UHGV virus genome: UHGV-1688525
Length of the DNA stretch: 10,903 nucleotides
Strand: one strand, 5' to 3'
DNA from: a virus
The position numbers were made by a program, and so were the translations under genes. The notes beneath the pieces were generated by a model. The model made no database searches and had not been told where the DNA came from. It was given only the letters and a program-made list of their open reading frames with translations. Shown piece after piece: positions 7,906 through 10,903 of this stretch. Positions within the stretch are counted from its first letter, which is position 1. Each line of letters starts with the position of its first letter.

Positions 7906-9045
7906 TTAACCAAGAATCAGACAACCATGTGCCGGTTTCACTGACGAAACACCCCATGCCAGTCCAACTTCATAGCGCACCTGGCGATACTGACGATACA
8001 GTGCAATCTGGAACGTAATCCCTGAAATCGGGTCCGTAACATTCATTACATCATCAGCATTATCGCCACCTTCCGGCATTGCCGGAGTACGGGATGCCAG
8101 CAGAAACGCGTTGCGATCAAACGCCATATTTGCAGTAAAGGAGCCAACAACTGTGATTGCAGTATCATCGGCCAGATCCTGACGCAGTCCCGGTGCTGCA
8201 AGAGTAATCAGATTGCTGGTCGCTGCTGCCACAACATACTGATTCGGATCGCCAGCGAACGTAACAATCTGACCTGCAGAAATACTCCCCGAACCTGTAT
8301 CAATGGAAATAAGAACATCGCCTTCTTTTTTCTCGCCATTCACGAGATAACCAGTTGCTGCAACCTTTGGCGCTCGTTTTACACCTGCCGAACTGTGAAT
8401 ATTGAATCCCTCCAGACGCCCCAACACGCCCTCACGCAGTAGCTGTTCAGTGCCGGATTCATTCACTTTAAACAATACAGACTGTTTTCCGCGCAAATTA
8501 GCAATGGCAGTGGAACCAAGCACCATCTGCAGATCTGTTGTCGGTGCGCCGTTATCCTCCAGAACCTGACGAGCCAGAGCAGCATCAGAAAGATCATCTT
8601 TAACACCAAACGGCGTTGTCCCTGCGGTTCCCACGGCGCGGGAAGCACCGAAATACAACACACCAAGATCAGCCTCAACCTCGTTTGCAAGGGCGCGAAA
8701 AGCCTGCTTGAACTGATCAGCCAGAATGGTGTTGTAAGTCCCTGAAGGGCCAAGAGCCAGTTGTTCTTCACCATTCCATTTAACCGGCGCCATTTTGGAT
8801 TTAGTAATTTTTACATCAACAGTGCCAATATTTTGATCACCGGTATTCGGAGCTGACGGCCCCGGTACGATATCTTCGGTTTTCGCCTCAGGCGCAACTG
8901 GCGCGGTTACCGTCTGATCTTTTGCTGCGGCGTCAGCTTTTGCGTTTTTTGCTACCGCAGGGATAAAACCTACCTGCTCACGGGATACAACATCCAGGGC
9001 GGTGTAAATAGTCGGGATCAACCCGGTCAGGGTATTTCCAGCCAT
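7906..9045 (-). CDS. Major capsid protein, about 379 aa from ATG 9045
   Basis: Largest head ORF, downstream of the scaffold and followed by a terminator hairpin. The track's 9138 start is a TTG; the first ATG (9045, MAGNTLTGLIP...) has an AAGGA SD upstream. Family not verified by search. Confidence 0.78.
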   Translation of the reverse strand: MAGNTLTGLIPTIYTALDVVSREQVGFIPAVAKNAKADAAAKDQTVTAPVAPEAKTEDIVPGPSAPNTGDQNIGTVDVKITKSKMAPVKWNGEEQLALGPSGTYNTILADQFKQAFRALANEVEADLGVLYFGASRAVGTAGTTPFGVKDDLSDAALARQVLEDNGAPTTDLQMVLGSTAIANLRGKQSVLFKVNESGTEQLLREGVLGRLEGFNIHSSAGVKRAPKVAATGYLVNGEKKEGDVLISIDTGSGSISAGQIVTFAGDPNQYVVAAATSNLITLAAPGLRQDLADDTAITVVGSFTANMAFDRNAFLLASRTPAMPEGGDNADDVMNVTDPISGITFQIALYRQYRQVRYEVGLAWGVSSVKPAHGCLILG

Positions 9046-9143
9046 AATTAAATATTCCTTAAAAATTTGCGTAATTGTGAATGGATTGAGTAGTGAGCTA
9101 TCCAGCCCTGACACCAACTCCCATCCGGAAGCTGGCAAATGTA

Positions 9144-9908
9144 TTAATCAACGATTGTGATACCGTCTTTCAGTGCGTTTTGCTTACCTGCAACATCCAG
9201 TGCATCAAAAGCAGAGCGTTTCATCGTTTTCTGACCAATATCATGCTGTGTCGGACGGGAACCGCCGCCATTGTTGCCACTGGCTTTCAGGATGTAGTCT
9301 TTCTGAGGGTAATTTTCGACGAGGAACTCCAGCGCCTCATCAAACTGCGCCAGTTCTCCTGGCTTCGCGCGGGAATAAATTTTGTTGCCGGAAGCGTCAT
9401 AAGCAACGATCTTCCCTTCTTCCACTTTGAATGCCTGTCCGAAGCGGGCTTGTAATAAATCTGCCGGGATCGCAATTTTATCGGCAATATATTTTGAACC
9501 CGCAAAACTACCGCCAATCATAGAATCGTAAAGCTGCTTCTCCAGCATCTGAGAGCGTTGCTTTTCTTCATCTAATTGCTGCTGAAAATTTTTCGTAATT
9601 TCAGCCTTAACCTGGTCAACCTGTCCCGCATCGATCAGCTTTTTCTGGTCGATTTTTGACAGCATTTCCAGTGCCTCGATCGCCTTCTTCGGGTCTTCGA
9701 TAGCGGCAAACTTAGCCAGTTTTTCCTCTGCAGCTTCTTTAGCCAGGCGATGATTTTTTGCCTCGCCATTAAGTTCTGTAATTTTTTTTGTCGCCAGCGG
9801 TGCATCGAAGCCGATTTCTTTACCATCGTCGTGCACATAAACTGGCAGGCCAGCAGTATCAATTTCTGCGTATTGTTTTCCGTTAATCTCGACCGTTTTC
9901 AGTTTCAT
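9144..9908 (-). CDS. Capsid scaffolding protein (by position and composition), about 254 aa from ATG 9908
   Basis: Immediately upstream of the capsid gene. Charged, predicted helical central region (LAKEAAEEKLAKFAAIEDPKKAIEALEMLSKIDQKKLIDAGQVDQVKAEITKNFQQQLDEEKQRSQMLEKQLY). The track start at 9980 is a GTG that lies inside the terminator hairpin, so ATG 9908 is preferred. Confidence 0.58.
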   Translation of the reverse strand: MKLKTVEINGKQYAEIDTAGLPVYVHDDGKEIGFDAPLATKKITELNGEAKNHRLAKEAAEEKLAKFAAIEDPKKAIEALEMLSKIDQKKLIDAGQVDQVKAEITKNFQQQLDEEKQRSQMLEKQLYDSMIGGSFAGSKYIADKIAIPADLLQARFGQAFKVEEGKIVAYDASGNKIYSRAKPGELAQFDEALEFLVENYPQKDYILKASGNNGGGSRPTQHDIGQKTMKRSAFDALDVAGKQNALKDGITIVD

Positions 9909-9965
9909 ATTAGTACCTGGTTTAAGTCTTCCGACAGTTACGCTGCTCACCATCCGGATCGCAGC

Positions 9966-9993
9966 AATAAAAAAGGCCACCCGAAGGTAGCCT
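9966..9993 (-). terminator. Intrinsic terminator-like hairpin between the Mu F-like gene and the scaffold gene
   Basis: Minus-strand RNA AGGCUACC-UUCG-GGUGGCCU followed by UUUUUAUU: 8-bp stem with one G-U wobble. The same position is a C-A mismatch on the plus strand, so the structure is minus-strand specific. Confidence 0.55.
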
Positions 9994-10012
9994 GTTGTAA
10001 TAAATGATTTAT

Positions 10013-10903
<891 letters not shown>

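Noticed and set aside
8463-8774. Minus-strand 103-aa ORF inside the capsid gene
   Set aside because: Alternate frame nested in the capsid gene; Leu/Trp/Arg-rich artefact.
9046-9138. Upstream TTG extension of the capsid ORF (start at 9138)
   Set aside because: The first ATG at 9045 has an SD and gives a typical MAG... N-terminus. The extension would occupy the intergenic region after the scaffold stop.
9909-9980. Upstream GTG extension of the scaffold ORF (start at 9980)
   Set aside because: The GTG lies inside the terminator hairpin stem. ATG at 9908 (MKLKTVEINGK...) is the more plausible start.

Overview
The whole window is one minus-strand late (virion morphogenesis) operon of a lambdoid siphovirus-type prophage, almost certainly in an enterobacterial host. 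I found no novel or undescribed system here: no defence or anti-defence cargo, no moron genes, and no tRNA, CRISPR, IS element, integrase or att site. Gene order on the minus strand (high to low coordinates) is: 3' end of a probable portal gene, Mu F-like head morphogenesis protein, scaffold, major capsid protein, a 74-aa unknown, four neck/tail-completion proteins, major tail tube protein, tail chaperone G and its frameshifted GT form, a 1077-aa tape measure protein, minor tail protein M, and minor tail protein L (truncated at the window start). Plus-strand ORFs in the track all lie antisense to these genes and are treated as spurious. The features worth a second look are a canonical -1 frameshift site (A_AAA_AAG) in the chaperone gene, three UUCG-tetraloop terminator hairpins inside the operon, a 163-nt non-coding gap just upstream of the tape measure gene, three tandem repeats in the tape measure N-terminus, and a compositional and similarity break at the M/L junction. 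All functional calls rest on synteny, protein features read from the translations and family motifs recalled from memory; no database search was run.
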